Below are positions 62,701 to 64,000 of a stretch of 64,000 bases of DNA, piece by piece. Each line of letters begins with the position of its first letter. The first letter of the stretch is position 1. Made by a program: the position numbers and the translations under genes. The notes under the pieces were generated by a model. That model had not been told where the DNA came from and ran no database searches. It saw nothing but the letters and a program-made list of their open reading frames with translations. Origin of the DNA: Acanthaster planci (Eukaryota); contig NW_019091360.1 in the NCBI RefSeq assembly GCF_001949145.1, positions 1,547,599-1,611,598 on the forward strand, written 5' to 3'.

Positions 62701-64000
62701 AAAACACCTCGTGAAGATTGTGTAAGTCAGCAGCGTTAGTGTGGGGGTCTGCCGTATTATGTACATGTAGGCCTGCATGGTAACGCCTCGTAGTAATCTC
62801 ACATTGTCAGCTGTTCAGCTTCTTTGGTAGCTGTTGCAGATAGACCAATCAATTATGGCTGTCCCAGTCATGAAAGGAGACTGAAGAGCAGTGTCAGGCT
62901 GAGAAAGTGCAAATGAACTTGTGGCGCAACACTGGCAAATGCGGAGCCTACTGACGTACCGGTACGCAGTGTGCAGACATTAAAAAAAAAGCTTCCAGGA
63001 GGTCCATGTTGGTTATCCAGAGGGACCTCTTTGGGTTCAAACGTGAAGTTGCTGCGCATTCTTCATGTTCCAAGGAGTATGCCAAGAAAAGGGTTGGAAT
63101 GCTGTGCACATGTACATGTACATTATACATGCACTCATGGCACAATGATATGGTACCCATACATGTACATGTAAAATGTGCATTTTACAGACTGGAACCC
63201 AAACCGTTACTGGTTCCAGGGAAAGTTAAAGGTACAGCACTGTACAGCACATTGCATCATGTACATGTACATAGATCTAAGTTTGATGGATTGTGCCCAC
63301 TGGCTAGTGAATTACCTGTAGCTTATAGACATTAGAATCTTACTGGTACAATGTACATGTACCATGACTTCTTACATACATGTACATGTATAAGCAGTGC
63401 ATGTAAACCTATGCTGCTGGTCTCAATGTGCACCAGTGTAAACCAATAGGACAAACCGGTTTTGTTGTGCATTACATACATGTACATTGTACATGTGTGA
63501 AATAAATGTGTACACGCTGGTACTAGGGGAGATGGCCCCTCATCTGTCGTAAACATTACATTCCTGGGACTTGTCAACAGTTGAAAGGTCACCAGAGGTC
63601 TTCTGGAATGCAAGAATTTGGGTTTGTTGTGACAGTGGATTGTTTTTGGTGGGCTCAGGCCTTGGTTGACCTGGTCTCAGAACATGCACAAATTATTGAT
63701 TCCTGGAGTTGTCCTGAAATCTAATGCCATTGGTTGCTCTTTTGGCCATCTTTAGCACCTTAGGGTGACGATTAATCCAGATGTTGCATGCTGTTTGGAG
63801 TTGAGCGACTATGATGGAGCCTGACTGCCAGCCAGTTTAGGGATTCGGCCCTTGTTAACCTCTTGCCCTTGAGTCGACTGTGTGAGTGCATGGAGGTAGC
63901 ACCATGGTGAGTGGTACTGGAAGTATCCCTGCTGGGAATCTTCATCTGCATTGTGATTTTTGACTGTGCTATCCATAGAGCAAGTGTAGGGGTGCAGACT

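Overview
Intron-rich animal genomic DNA with two assembly gaps (5524-6058, 45471-46111). The repeat landscape (frequent TACATGTA, tRNA-derived SINEs, many short MITEs) suggests a marine invertebrate deuterostome, probably an echinoderm; this is an inference. Almost all listed ORFs are spurious, so genes were rebuilt by hand from GT-AG exons with consistent phases. (1) A minus-strand gene (5' part, 3 exons) with a signal peptide, a somatomedin-B domain and Cys motifs typical of the ectodomain of invertebrate class-B/Methuselah-like GPCRs; it runs off the left edge. (2) A complete 4-exon RPS26 gene with a TCT/TOP start. (3) A complete 18-coding-exon EGFR/ErbB-family gene (846 aa) that encodes only the ectodomain (signal peptide, L1, CR1, L2, CR2, extra furin-like repeats) and stops at TAG 40798-40800, with no transmembrane or kinase exon found downstream. 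(4) About 7.7 kb further on, a paralogous EGFR-like first exon (84% nt identity, shared upstream sequence) followed by an intron of more than 15 kb. The most interesting hypothesis is a dedicated secreted EGFR decoy gene sitting in tandem with a second, possibly full-length, EGFR paralog.
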